Shown one piece after another: positions 52,272 to 62,170 of a DNA stretch of 64,000 nt. The DNA lies in NCBI GenBank assembly GCA_039630055.1, contig JBCNVN010000002.1, positions 1-64,000 of the forward strand, written 5' to 3'. Each line of letters starts with the position of its first letter. The stretch's first letter is position 1. Position numbers and translations under genes: made by a program. The notes under the pieces are model-generated. The model was not told the DNA's origin, ran no database searches, and saw only the letters and a list, made by a program, of their open reading frames with translations. This DNA comes from Candidatus Caldarchaeales archaeon. GTDB taxonomy: Archaea > Thermoproteota > Nitrososphaeria_A > Caldarchaeales > Wolframiiraptoraceae.

Positions 52272-53417
52272 ATGTCTACTGGCCTTCCCGTCGAAAAGTT
52301 GTTAGAAGAGGTTAATGGGTATTGGTTGAGGCCTGTTAAAAGCAAGACGATCGAATTGGATAACGGAAGCTCTATCATCGTAAAGTTGGAGTATCCTGAA
52401 GATTTCTTGAAGGACCCTTTAAGAACCATCAAGAGAAAACCTGCAACGATGCTTTTTGAAGACCTATTCTTTAAAGGCTTCATAAAGCAGGGTAAGATAA
52501 TTATTACCGCCTCCTCTGGAAACTTCTTGAGAGAGTTAGCATTAATTGCATTAAGACGTGGATTCAAGATCATTGGAGTAACCCCTCCAAGAATCCCATA
52601 TGAAAATCTAAGGATACTGAAAACTCTAGGAGTAAACATAATCCACATAACAGAAGAGTATGATCTATGTCCTAGAGAGACAACCGTATTCTATACAAGG
52701 TCTCTAGCTGAGAACAATAGATACATGCTTGTAAACGTTGACCAGTACATTAGCTGGCAGAATGTCATGTCTCATGTTTATACGACTTGGAGGGAGATAA
52801 AAGAGATCGGAGAGATAGATTATGCATGCATACCGCTTGGAAGCACCGGTACATTCATGGGGATATCACTTGCCTCAAGTCTAGAGAAGGAGAAGATCAA
52901 TCTTATCGGAGTCCAGCCTACAAGATACCATAATATTCCCGGTGTCCACTATATCGTTGGAGGATGTGAGTGGAGTCCAGAGATATTCTCACCTCTAATA
53001 AGCAATAGGATTGTTACAGTGGATGATGTAGATGCTTACGCTGGTTTAATAATGCTTTGGGAGAAGGGAATATACGCTGGACCATCGACCGGCATGGTGT
53101 TTATCCAAGCATTGAAATTAGCAGGAGAAATTAAGGATGGCCGAATCCTAATAATCTCACCGGACAGCATCTTCTCTTACAGAGATTATGTATTGAACAT
53201 CTTGAAAGAGATACAAGCTCAGATCTTCTCAAGGTATCCACATCTAAGAGAACCCTATCTGAGATATGTTGAGTGGCTTAGGAGACTTCCAGAGATAGAG
53301 GAGAGAGTCGAACATATAAGGAAGGTATATGGAACAGGTGAAGAGGGCAGGTTATATAGATTCGATGATGTTGGAGATTTGTTAGAGAATATTAAGACGC
53401 TGTATACTATTACATGA
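52272..53417 (+). CDS. PLP-dependent cysteine-synthase-like enzyme (CysK/CysM family, divergent)
   Basis: VKLE..DPLRTIKRKPA, ASSGNF, LGSTGTFMG, IGVQP, GIYAGPSTG, ISPD. Confidence 0.75.
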   Translation: MSTGLPVEKLLEEVNGYWLRPVKSKTIELDNGSSIIVKLEYPEDFLKDPLRTIKRKPATMLFEDLFFKGFIKQGKIIITASSGNFLRELALIALRRGFKIIGVTPPRIPYENLRILKTLGVNIIHITEEYDLCPRETTVFYTRSLAENNRYMLVNVDQYISWQNVMSHVYTTWREIKEIGEIDYACIPLGSTGTFMGISLASSLEKEKINLIGVQPTRYHNIPGVHYIVGGCEWSPEIFSPLISNRIVTVDDVDAYAGLIMLWEKGIYAGPSTGMVFIQALKLAGEIKDGRILIISPDSIFSYRDYVLNILKEIQAQIFSRYPHLREPYLRYVEWLRRLPEIEERVEHIRKVYGTGEEGRLYRFDDVGDLLENIKTLYTIT

Positions 53418-53514
53418 TATTTAAAAATATTGTTGGTATGGTTGAAATGGTTAAGCGGAAAGCTTATTAGAGAGAACATTCCATGAAAATTCAAGTAAGG
53501 GGGGTAAATCGGAA

Positions 53515-54750
53515 CTCAGCAAAGAGATATGTTTAAAATGTAGAGATTGTGGTGTTGAGTATCCTCCTACAATTCAGTACGTCTGTCCAAGATGTTTCGG
53601 TGCATTAGATGTAGTCTATAAAGACTTGGATAAAATAGATCTTAATCCTGAAAAGATCTCTAAGAGAGGAAGAGATCTCTGGAGATATATTGAACTATTA
53701 CCAATTAAGGATCCTTTAAACATAGTATCACTTGGCGCTGGATTCACATCTCTAATCAAGTCAAGTAAACTCTCCAAGTCGATAAACTTGAAAAAACTAT
53801 ACTTGAAAGAAGATATTACAAATCCAACCCATTCTTTCAAAGATAGAGCTGCGAGCGTTGCAGTATCGAAAGCCTTAGAGTTTAAGCTAAATGCAGTAGG
53901 ATGCGCATCTACGGGAAATCTAGCAGCAGCTACAGCTGCTCATGCTGCAAGAGCTGGACTACCATGCTATATCTTTGCTCCAGTAGGAGTTGAGAGGGAG
54001 AAGCTATCCCATGCATCATCTTATGGAGCGAGAATAGTATTGGTGGAGGGAACCTATGATGAGGCCAACTGGATTGCTTCTAGATTTGCCGAAGAAGGAA
54101 ATGTAGGTATAGTAAATGTTAACATTAGACCATACTATGTTGAGGGATCTAAAACTTTAGCATTCGAGATATGTGAACAGCTTGGATGGAGAGCTCCAGA
54201 ACATATAATAATTCCTATGGCAAGTGGTGCTCTCCTGAACGCTGTATACAAAGGTATAAGTGAGCTGAAGAACATAGGATTGATAGATGGAGATGTAAAG
54301 ATTTCTGGTGTCCAGCCTGAAGGCTGCTCTCCAATAATTACAGCATACAAAGAGAATAGAGACTACATTAAACCGGTACGAGATATAAATACTATAGCGG
54401 TTAGTTTAGCTATTGGAAACCCTGGAGATGGGGTATATGCTTTAAGGACTATACGTAGAACTGGAGGTACAGCGGTTTCAGTTACCGACCGAGAGATACT
54501 TGAGGCGATTAGAGACCTTGCTCGGCTGGAGGGATTGTTCATCGAGCCTGGTGGAGCTGTAACGATAGCAGGACTTAAAAAGATGGTGGATGAAGGTATC
54601 GTAGATAGGGATGAAGAGGTGGTCTGTCTACTGACTGGTAGCGGTCTAAAGACTCCTCACATAATTCAGGAACAAGTTCTCCAGCCTATAGTTATAAAAC
54701 CATCTCATACCGAGCTTGTAAAGATTCTAGAGGTTGAGAAGGTTGCCTAG
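53515..54750 (+). CDS. thrC: Threonine synthase (start uncertain; first canonical start TTG 53626)
   Basis: In-frame N-terminal zinc ribbon LKCRDCGVEY..CPRCFGALDVVY; NPTHSFKDR, CASTGNLAAA, EGSKTLAFE, LLTGSGLK. Confidence 0.88.
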   Translation, partial: LSKEICLKCRDCGVEYPPTIQYVCPRCFGALDVVYKDLDKIDLNPEKISKRGRDLWRYIELLPIKDPLNIVSLGAGFTSLIKSSKLSKSINLKKLYLKEDITNPTHSFKDRAASVAVSKALEFKLNAVGCASTGNLAAATAAHAARAGLPCYIFAPVGVEREKLSHASSYGARIVLVEGTYDEANWIASRFAEEGNVGIVNVNIRPYYVEGSKTLAFEICEQLGWRAPEHIIIPMASGALLNAVYKGISELKNIGLIDGDVKISGVQPEGCSPIITAYKENRDYIKPVRDINTIAVSLAIGNPGDGVYALRTIRRTGGTAVSVTDREILEAIRDLARLEGLFIEPGGAVTIAGLKKMVDEGIVDRDEEVVCLLTGSGLKTPHIIQEQVLQPIVIKPSHTELVKILEVEKVA

Positions 54751-55015
54751 AGTGAGATTGGTTCTTCCATCGATAATAGCTGGTGGAGGAGATAAAGTTC
54801 GCGAGATTGAAGCATCAACATTAAAAGATATAGTAGAATATCTCTGCAATCTGAAACCTGAAGTAAGAGATAGAATAATCTCACCTGATGGAGAACTCAA
54901 TAGATCTTTCAACTTCTATGTAAATGGTGTAAATGCATACTTTATTAAAGGGGTAGATACTGAACTTAAGGATGGTGATGAGGTCTCAGTTATACCTGCT
55001 CTAGGAGGTGGATAG
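54734..55015 (+). CDS. MoaD/ThiS/SAMP ubiquitin-like sulfur carrier
   Basis: NFYVNG..DTELKDGDEVSVIPALGGG C-terminal di-glycine. Confidence 0.92.
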   Translation: MRRLPRVRLVLPSIIAGGGDKVREIEASTLKDIVEYLCNLKPEVRDRIISPDGELNRSFNFYVNGVNAYFIKGVDTELKDGDEVSVIPALGGG

Positions 55016-56096
55016 AGGAATGGTTGAAGAATTTACAGATGAAGAGTTCGAGATGTACTCTAGACAGATCGTCTTGAACGATATCGGATATAAAGGTCAG
55101 GAGAGGTTGAAGAAAGGTAAAGTAGCAGTGGTAGGGGTGGGCGGGCTCGGATGTCCAGCCGCAACACTCTTAGCCGCCATGGGAGTAGGATACATAAGAT
55201 TGATAGATAGAGATATTGTAGAGAGATCGAATCTCCACAGACAACATCTGTATACATATAAAGACATTGGATACCCAAAAGTCGAGATAGCTGCTAAGAG
55301 ACTTAAAGAACTAAATCCATATATTGAGATCGATCCACTACCTGTATCGATAGATGAATCTACCGCAATAGATGTATTAAGAGATGTGGATGTAGTGGTG
55401 GATGGGTTGGATAGTTTTAAAGCTAGGAGAGCAGTCAATAATGCTTGTTATAAGTTATCGATACCATATGTTTATGCGTCAGCTATAGAGACCTATGGAG
55501 CTATTATGACCATAGTCCCTGAGAAAGGACCTTGTCTAGAATGTTTGTTCCCAAATGTATCTGATTCAGAGCTGCCCACGTGTGCTATAGTAGGAGTCCA
55601 TCCTTCAGTGCTCCAGATACTATCTGGGATAGAAGTATACGAGGCGGTCAACATCTTAACCGGTAAGACTCCACATCTACTTGGAAAGCTACTCCTATAC
55701 GATCTAGTCGATCTATCTTCAAGCCTTATAGATGTAGCCAAGTCGAGACATTGTCCAGTATGTGGAGGGTTAGGATTAGAGAAAGAAGAAGTAGAGTATC
55801 CTGTTGTTGAAGAAGTCTGTGCGAGAGAAGGATTACCAACATATATCATCAATCCTGGAGGGATTAAATCATTAGATCTAGAAGATGTAGTTAATAGATT
55901 GAATGATCCAAGCTATAAGTTGGTTACAAGCAGTAGACTTGGGATCACTTTACAGATAGATCGTAAGGTTAAGCTTAGTCTTCTAAAAACAGGTATAGCA
56001 GTGATAGAAGGGGTGAGATCTAGAGAGGAGGCTCTCAAGATATATAAGAGTATAATGGAAAGAATTATAAATAAAGAAGCCCTGCCTATTCTATGA
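55008..56096 (+). CDS. E1-like MoeB/ThiF/UbaA adenylyltransferase
   Basis: YSRQI, VGVGGLG, DRDIVERSNLHRQ, DGLD, PCLECLF, CPVC. Confidence 0.92.
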   Translation: MDRGMVEEFTDEEFEMYSRQIVLNDIGYKGQERLKKGKVAVVGVGGLGCPAATLLAAMGVGYIRLIDRDIVERSNLHRQHLYTYKDIGYPKVEIAAKRLKELNPYIEIDPLPVSIDESTAIDVLRDVDVVVDGLDSFKARRAVNNACYKLSIPYVYASAIETYGAIMTIVPEKGPCLECLFPNVSDSELPTCAIVGVHPSVLQILSGIEVYEAVNILTGKTPHLLGKLLLYDLVDLSSSLIDVAKSRHCPVCGGLGLEKEEVEYPVVEEVCAREGLPTYIINPGGIKSLDLEDVVNRLNDPSYKLVTSSRLGITLQIDRKVKLSLLKTGIAVIEGVRSREEALKIYKSIMERIINKEALPIL

Positions 56097-57904
56097 CGGT
56101 TATGTACTGTTATACGGGTAGAGCCTTAAGAATAAATCTAACCACTAACAGTTACAGGATTGAAGAAGCTAGAAAAGACTTTATCGATAGATATATAGGT
56201 GGTAAAGGGCTAGGAATTAGATACCTGTTAGAAGAAGTCCCGCCAAGGATAGATCCCCTATCACCTGAAAACAAGATAATAATCGCTACGGGTCCTCTTA
56301 CCGGTACCATCGCACCTCTCTCTGGAAGATTTCCTATAGTAACCAAGTCTCCCTTGAGTAACACGGTATGCGATAGTTATAGTGGGTCATTTTTCGCTGT
56401 AAGAATGAAGTATGCTGGATACGATCTACTCATCGTTGAGGGTAGAGCGAATAATCCTGTATACGTTGAGGTTACAGAGAATGGGGCAGAGATAAGAGAT
56501 GCATCCCATCTATGGGGTCTCGGAACTCTAGAGACATCTAAAACTCTTAAAGAAGAGTTGAGAGATGAACATGCAAGTGTCTTGACTATCGGTCCTGCTG
56601 GAGAGAATCTTGTAAGATTTGCATGTGTTGTTGATAGTGGGTTATGGGTTCATGGTAGAGGTGGGGTTGGAGCAGTATTCGGCTCAAAGAAATTGAAAGC
56701 TTTAGCTATCAAGAACTATAAGGGAGAGGTTAAACTATATGACCCCGATAGTTTTAAGAATACTGTAGTCGAATTAACTAGGAGTAGGGTCAAGACAGCT
56801 GAGAATCTATGGGCTCAGACAGACGGTACACCTATAATAATCGACCTATCACATAATGCAGGCGTCCTACCATCATACGGTTTTAGATCAGGTTCATTCG
56901 AATACCATGACAAGATCAATACTGAGAGAGTAAAAGAGGCCACAGCTAAGAAGTATGCTTGCCCATACTGTCCACTAGCATGTAAGAGAATACTCAAATT
57001 CGATAATAGATTGGTAAAATCTCCTGAGTATGAGACTCTTAGCATGATGGGGTCAAATCTAGGAATAAGAAATCTTAAAGATATCTCTGATGCTGCTGAG
57101 GTTGCAACAGATTTAGGAATGGATACGATATCTCTAGGAAGCGTCCTCGGATTTATAGTAACAATCTATGAGAAGAAACTGTTATCTGAAAAAGATCTGA
57201 ATGGCCTGAAGCCTTCATGGGACAATCTAGACTATATTATTGGGATGAGCAAGATGATAGCATATAGAAAAGCTATCGGTGACATAATGGCTGAAGGATT
57301 AAAGAGGGCTGTTCAAAAGATTGGGGGAGAAGCTGAGAAGGAGAGGCTAGATGTAAAAGGACTAGAGCTTCCAGCATATGATCCTAGAGGAACCTATGGA
57401 ATGGCCCTCGCTTACGCAACCGCAGATAGGGGTGGATGCCATCTAAGAGCATGGGCGGTTGCAAACGATGCATTCGGAGAGATGGATCCATACAGCTTCA
57501 CTGGGAAAGCGAAGCTCGTTAAAGATCTTCAAGACTTGAATAGTATAAAGTGGTCTCTAATAATATGTGATTTCTGGTTATCTAGTTATGAGGATATGAG
57601 TAGACTTTTGAAGCCTGCTCTCGGCAGAGATTATAGCATTGAAGAGCTCAGGCTTATTGGTGAGAGAATCTGGAATCTTACTAGATTATTCAATCAGAGA
57701 GAAGGTTTTAGGAGGGTAGACGATAATCTACCTTCTAAGATGTTTGATCAACCTCTAAAAGGTGGGAAGACAGATGGAAGAGTAGTTTTGAAGAATGAGT
57801 TTGAAGATTCTCTTACCGAGTATTATAGACTACGAGGATGGGATGAAGAGACTGGCACCGTCAAAGAAGAAACATTGAAGAGAGTAGGTTTAGATGTATC
57901 TTAG
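56093..57904 (+). CDS. aor: Tungsten-type aldehyde:ferredoxin oxidoreductase family
   Basis: IGGKGLG, TKSPL, IGPAGENLVRFA, GRGGVGAVFGSKKLKA, CPYCPLAC, PEYET, GMDTIS, KGLELPAYDPR, RGGCH, EYYRLRGWD. Confidence 0.93.
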   Translation: MTVMYCYTGRALRINLTTNSYRIEEARKDFIDRYIGGKGLGIRYLLEEVPPRIDPLSPENKIIIATGPLTGTIAPLSGRFPIVTKSPLSNTVCDSYSGSFFAVRMKYAGYDLLIVEGRANNPVYVEVTENGAEIRDASHLWGLGTLETSKTLKEELRDEHASVLTIGPAGENLVRFACVVDSGLWVHGRGGVGAVFGSKKLKALAIKNYKGEVKLYDPDSFKNTVVELTRSRVKTAENLWAQTDGTPIIIDLSHNAGVLPSYGFRSGSFEYHDKINTERVKEATAKKYACPYCPLACKRILKFDNRLVKSPEYETLSMMGSNLGIRNLKDISDAAEVATDLGMDTISLGSVLGFIVTIYEKKLLSEKDLNGLKPSWDNLDYIIGMSKMIAYRKAIGDIMAEGLKRAVQKIGGEAEKERLDVKGLELPAYDPRGTYGMALAYATADRGGCHLRAWAVANDAFGEMDPYSFTGKAKLVKDLQDLNSIKWSLIICDFWLSSYEDMSRLLKPALGRDYSIEELRLIGERIWNLTRLFNQREGFRRVDDNLPSKMFDQPLKGGKTDGRVVLKNEFEDSLTEYYRLRGWDEETGTVKEETLKRVGLDVS

Positions 57905-59013
57905 ATTTCTGACTCTGAAATATTCATCCTCGCAACATTGAGGCTTCCACCTACGCTTGGAGATACATATATTTTATCTGGAAATCTTATAGCCAGGCTA
58001 TTGAATACATCATGAATCATAGATAAGTTTGCATATTGTCTCTTCTCAACGAGCAGTAGTGATGTAATCTTCTCCAAGTAATCTAATCTTATCTGGCTAA
58101 GCCCACATCTCTCAAGTCTTGAATAAGCCTCGATCAAAGTCTTCGAGATCTCATATCTTCCAGCATTCTTCAGATAGCCAAACATTATCTTCGATATCTC
58201 TTCAAAGAGATATTCCTCAAATTTATGTTGACTAATCTTAGAGATCTTCATGATCTTATCTACATATCGTAGTATTTGTTCATGTATAGAATATTTTCCT
58301 CTACCATCTCTTCTTAGTAGCCCTATATCGACAAGCCATTCAAGTCTAGGGGGTGCGATATGCCTATACTTTGAATACAAGCTAGTTCTTATCCACTCGG
58401 TCTTGTCAACTATTGACGTTCTCTTCTCTCTAAACTTCTCAGCCTCAACTATCTCTGACTCTATATTCTTTCTCCTAGATTCTGGAAGAGTATTAAGGAT
58501 CTTCTTAAGAGAGGCGGGATATATCTCTTCCATTATATAGTTCATAGCTTCTTGCCTTGTAAATCTCTCTTTCTCCACTGCCCAGGCTATTATCAACTGT
58601 ATAAATGGATAATCTGATGTTGAGATGATCCAGAGAAAGTATAGCTTTTCAGCATCTGATAGGTTTATCAAATCTCTTAAAGAGGGTGGAGTTCTACCTT
58701 CAACAAATTCTCTGATATTCTCACTAGAATTGAGAACTAGATAGATCTTTCCAAACAATCCTAGTTTCTGTATCTTCCGATCAATAATACCCATCTCACC
58801 GGCGAGTGTTACATAGTTCCTAGCATTCACCGGCCGTGTGATTAACCCTATCATACTCTGTGTGGAAGATCTCAGATCTCCGACATCCCTAACTACTTCA
58901 TAAAGTATGCTGGAGATGAAGTCGAGGCTTCTAGGTTCTTCATCCTCCATTATACATGGTATTATTCTAAGGTAGCCAAGTCTACACGTATCACCATGAG
59001 TTTCAAGTATCAT
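57901..59013 (-). CDS. Hypothetical protein, probably tandem winged-helix; coupled to the methyltransferase
   Basis: 370-aa ORF with ATGA overlap to the MTase; NYVTLAGEMGII and PRLEWLVDIGLLRRDGRGKYSI look like wHTH recognition helix plus wing. Confidence 0.6.
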   Translation of the reverse strand: MILETHGDTCRLGYLRIIPCIMEDEEPRSLDFISSILYEVVRDVGDLRSSTQSMIGLITRPVNARNYVTLAGEMGIIDRKIQKLGLFGKIYLVLNSSENIREFVEGRTPPSLRDLINLSDAEKLYFLWIISTSDYPFIQLIIAWAVEKERFTRQEAMNYIMEEIYPASLKKILNTLPESRRKNIESEIVEAEKFREKRTSIVDKTEWIRTSLYSKYRHIAPPRLEWLVDIGLLRRDGRGKYSIHEQILRYVDKIMKISKISQHKFEEYLFEEISKIMFGYLKNAGRYEISKTLIEAYSRLERCGLSQIRLDYLEKITSLLLVEKRQYANLSMIHDVFNSLAIRFPDKIYVSPSVGGSLNVARMNISESEI

Positions 59014-60233
59014 GAGGCTATCACTTCTTCAATATCTCTTATCAGCGATGTTGGTTTTGCGATACTCCAATCAATCCGAACATTATAAGGGGTGAAGTCA
59101 CCCTTGCTGAGAACTAGTATTACCTCTCTGCTTACACCTTGCTCCTCATCCAAATACCAGAGATATTTATTGGATTTGGGAACACCATCAGAGATCACGA
59201 ACTTGATATCGAAACCTATCTCCTCTGCTATAGGACCTACCTCCTCAGCCATGTTCACGATTCTTTCTCCTAGCTTGACTGTGCCTAGAACTATTATCGC
59301 AGCTTTATCCCATCTTAATACTCTAAATATCTCTCGTAAACACTCTCTAATGAAGATCTTGAACTTTTTTAGAGAGTTGGTTTGGAAGAGCTTCTCTCTT
59401 ACTTCTTCATACCTATACCCTAGAAACCATAATCTTAACCAGTTATCCCAAGCATATGTCTGCATATTGAAGTATGGTGGAGAGGTAATAACTAGGTCTA
59501 CACTCTCATCATCAATCGGTATATTTCTAGCATCAACCATGAATGCTTTTCCATTAACTGCTGGTATACCATCTCTGAGAACTCTCTCAGCCTTTATTTT
59601 CAAACATTTCAATACATCTCTATTTGGTTTCCTTATACCATTCTTCTTTATGTATTGTTTAACATAGTTTGGAGACATGGAGAATGAGTGTGAACTCTTT
59701 ATGCTTAGATGGATCTTGGAGGGGCCATGTAGTATGCCGAGTGTCAATGCCTTCAAGAAATAGGATAGATCTTTATCTTCCTCTTCTAGTCTATCTAATA
59801 GGTCTCTAACCGCCAGTATCTGCCTCAATGTATAGTCGCTATAGAATACTCTTACATTCTCGTCTACTTTATCTACATCATATTCTATGGGATTTATTCT
59901 AGACTTAGCCCATTCAATCCACTCTAATACTCTGCGAATTCTAACTGGTCTAACTTTAGCTCTCGTCAAAACATGTGCTTCAGGTGCTAAATCATTTCCC
60001 AATCCCACTCTATCGTTTAGACATGCTTCTAATGGGGCCGTACCTTTACCACTGAAAGGATCTAGAACTATGTCTCCAGGTCTAGAATACTTGATTATAA
60101 AGTAGTAGGCGAGTGCAGGGGGGAATGAACCTGTTCTAGAGCAGATTCTATGCAGGCTAATTCCCCATCCATTCTCTGCATACTTCCAGGAATCACATAT
60201 TCTGTAGCTTTGAATATATCTGATCCGCTTCAA
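59010..60233 (-). CDS. Amino-DNA methyltransferase, likely N4-cytosine (motif I before motif IV)
   Basis: SFPPALA, VLDPFSGKGT (SAM binding), VITSPPY (catalytic), LREIFRVLR. Confidence 0.85.
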   Translation of the reverse strand: MKRIRYIQSYRICDSWKYAENGWGISLHRICSRTGSFPPALAYYFIIKYSRPGDIVLDPFSGKGTAPLEACLNDRVGLGNDLAPEAHVLTRAKVRPVRIRRVLEWIEWAKSRINPIEYDVDKVDENVRVFYSDYTLRQILAVRDLLDRLEEEDKDLSYFLKALTLGILHGPSKIHLSIKSSHSFSMSPNYVKQYIKKNGIRKPNRDVLKCLKIKAERVLRDGIPAVNGKAFMVDARNIPIDDESVDLVITSPPYFNMQTYAWDNWLRLWFLGYRYEEVREKLFQTNSLKKFKIFIRECLREIFRVLRWDKAAIIVLGTVKLGERIVNMAEEVGPIAEEIGFDIKFVISDGVPKSNKYLWYLDEEQGVSREVILVLSKGDFTPYNVRIDWSIAKPTSLIRDIEEVIAS

Positions 60234-60703
60234 TGCGAATTGGGTTCTAACAACAATAGTTTTAATCGTTAGTTTTTCTAAGAGTTAAAATAATTTGTCT
60301 AATAAGTTTCTAGTATAAACATGAGAGTATGGAAAACTCAGATTGGAAATTCTCGAGGATTAGATGTGGTGCAACATACATCTGTTAAATCAACTTTATA
60401 GATGTTCAAGTCTTCACAGATTAGATTATTATCGATGGTTTTAATCGAGATACTAGCATCTGCTCAGGTTATGTATCCACAGAATACATTCACCCCTATG
60501 TAACTATTCTCGATTATTATCCTACCAAAACATGAAATTTCTCGAGAGATAGAATAGAATTCTTCAAGAAAAAAATTCTGTAACCACCTATATCATGTTA
60601 GGATAAGAGATATAATGATGACTATTGATATAATCCTGAGTATTACTGGGAATGTTTAATTACTACTTATATGAATCTTCATATTGTTCAATGGGTGTTC
60701 GGC

Positions 60704-61276
60704 TTGGGAGAGATAGTATTCGAACAATATACTGGTCAAGAGTATTATGAGTTGAATATTCAAGGGTTTAAGAGAAGATTGCCCATGGTTCAAGTTGATG
60801 AAGATCTATGGATCGCATACTTTGATAGTCTTGGCGATAGAGAGTTTATAAGCCATTGCGCCAACATACTCATAAACTATCTCAAAGATGTAGATGTCTT
60901 GATGACTGCTGAGAGTAAAGGCATAGCGTTGGTTCATGAAATCTCTCAGAGACTGGGACATCCATATTATATAGTATGTAGGAAAGAGGTGAAGCCTTTC
61001 ATGAAGGATCCCATTGTGGTAAAGTATAAGCCTATAACCAGCAAGCAAGAGCTGGTCCTCTGTATAGATGGAAGATATAGAGATAGGATAAGAGGGAAAA
61101 AGGTTGGGATAGTTGATGATATAGTAAGTACTGGTGAAACCATAAAGGGTATGAAGACTATAGTTGAAAAAGCTGGGGGCATAGTTGTGAAGACTGTCGC
61201 TATTCTCGTAGAAGGAGAGTATAGAAGAGATGTACAACATCTGGGGATACTACCGCTATTTAAAAAGGGAAAATAA
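60704..61276 (+). CDS. Type I phosphoribosyltransferase (adenine-PRT-like)
   Basis: MTAESKGIAL, VCRK, VGIVDDIVSTGET. Confidence 0.85.
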   Translation: MGEIVFEQYTGQEYYELNIQGFKRRLPMVQVDEDLWIAYFDSLGDREFISHCANILINYLKDVDVLMTAESKGIALVHEISQRLGHPYYIVCRKEVKPFMKDPIVVKYKPITSKQELVLCIDGRYRDRIRGKKVGIVDDIVSTGETIKGMKTIVEKAGGIVVKTVAILVEGEYRRDVQHLGILPLFKKGK

Positions 61277-61334
61277 TGTTTAGACCATGATATAAAAAAC
61301 AGCAATGTCAGACAAGCATTACACTCGTACAGGA

Positions 61335-61375
61335 TAAGGCTTAGAGGGAAACCATACCTTAGAGATTAAGCCTTA
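61335..61375. other. Intergenic inverted repeat (hairpin or operator)
   Basis: TAAGGCTTA-23 nt-TAAGCCTTA, perfect 9-bp arms. Confidence 0.45.
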
Positions 61376-61450
61376 AAGTAAATCATGAATATATCACCAA
61401 GAAGTTTAGAGCTAGATCATTTTAAATACTTCTTAGACCTAAAAAAGGAC

Positions 61451-62125
61451 ATGGGAAGGGGTTATAGGTGGTTAGGCGGAATCGGCTACATACTCTCATT
61501 GATACCATTCGTAAATATTGTTGGGTCGATCCTGGTTGGGATAGGTTGGATAATGGCTGGGAACGATACGAGAAACGGGATCTTTAAAGCTACTGGAATA
61601 GTATTATTAGTAACCTTAATCTTGGGGATAGGTCTAATAGGGATCTTATTCCCATTTATAGGAGGAGTTCTAATGAGTGGTTTCATGGGTTTAGAACCAG
61701 AATTCTCACCCAGATTATTCTCCAACCTCCTGCAATCTCTAGGTCTCTTCATCACACTTATCTCAGGTATTGCAGTATTAGCGATAGTTGGATGGGTGCT
61801 TGAACTTATATCCCACTTTAGAGCATCTAAAGTGTATAATGTTAAATGGTTTGGAAGAGCAGGATGGATGAGGATAATCTCATTAATAGTAGCGATAATA
61901 ATTGTTGTGTTTCTTGTAACTCAGATATCCGGCTTGTTGGGGACACTATCCTTCACGGATCCTAGAACGATACTCAACACAGTCTTCACATCCCTATCCA
62001 TCCTAATCATCCCAGTTATACTAAACTTGATAGCGATAATCTTCTCAGCCATATCATTCTTCACTATTCCGGAAACACCTGTAGAAGAATCTAGAAAGCC
62101 TCCGGAGCTCCCTCCACCACCTTGA
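61451..62125 (+). CDS. DUF996/DUF973-like membrane protein
   Basis: LGGIGYILSLIPFVNIVG, several TM segments, AISFFTIPE and Pro-rich tail. Confidence 0.65.
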   Translation: MGRGYRWLGGIGYILSLIPFVNIVGSILVGIGWIMAGNDTRNGIFKATGIVLLVTLILGIGLIGILFPFIGGVLMSGFMGLEPEFSPRLFSNLLQSLGLFITLISGIAVLAIVGWVLELISHFRASKVYNVKWFGRAGWMRIISLIVAIIIVVFLVTQISGLLGTLSFTDPRTILNTVFTSLSILIIPVILNLIAIIFSAISFFTIPETPVEESRKPPELPPPP

Positions 62126-62170
62126 TAATCCTCTAATAATTCTTTCAAAATCGATGACTGTGAGAGACCT

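Noticed and set aside
60615-60639. ATGATGA-14 nt-CTGA
   Set aside because: Only half of a C/D sRNA, with an AT-rich guide; compatible with chance.
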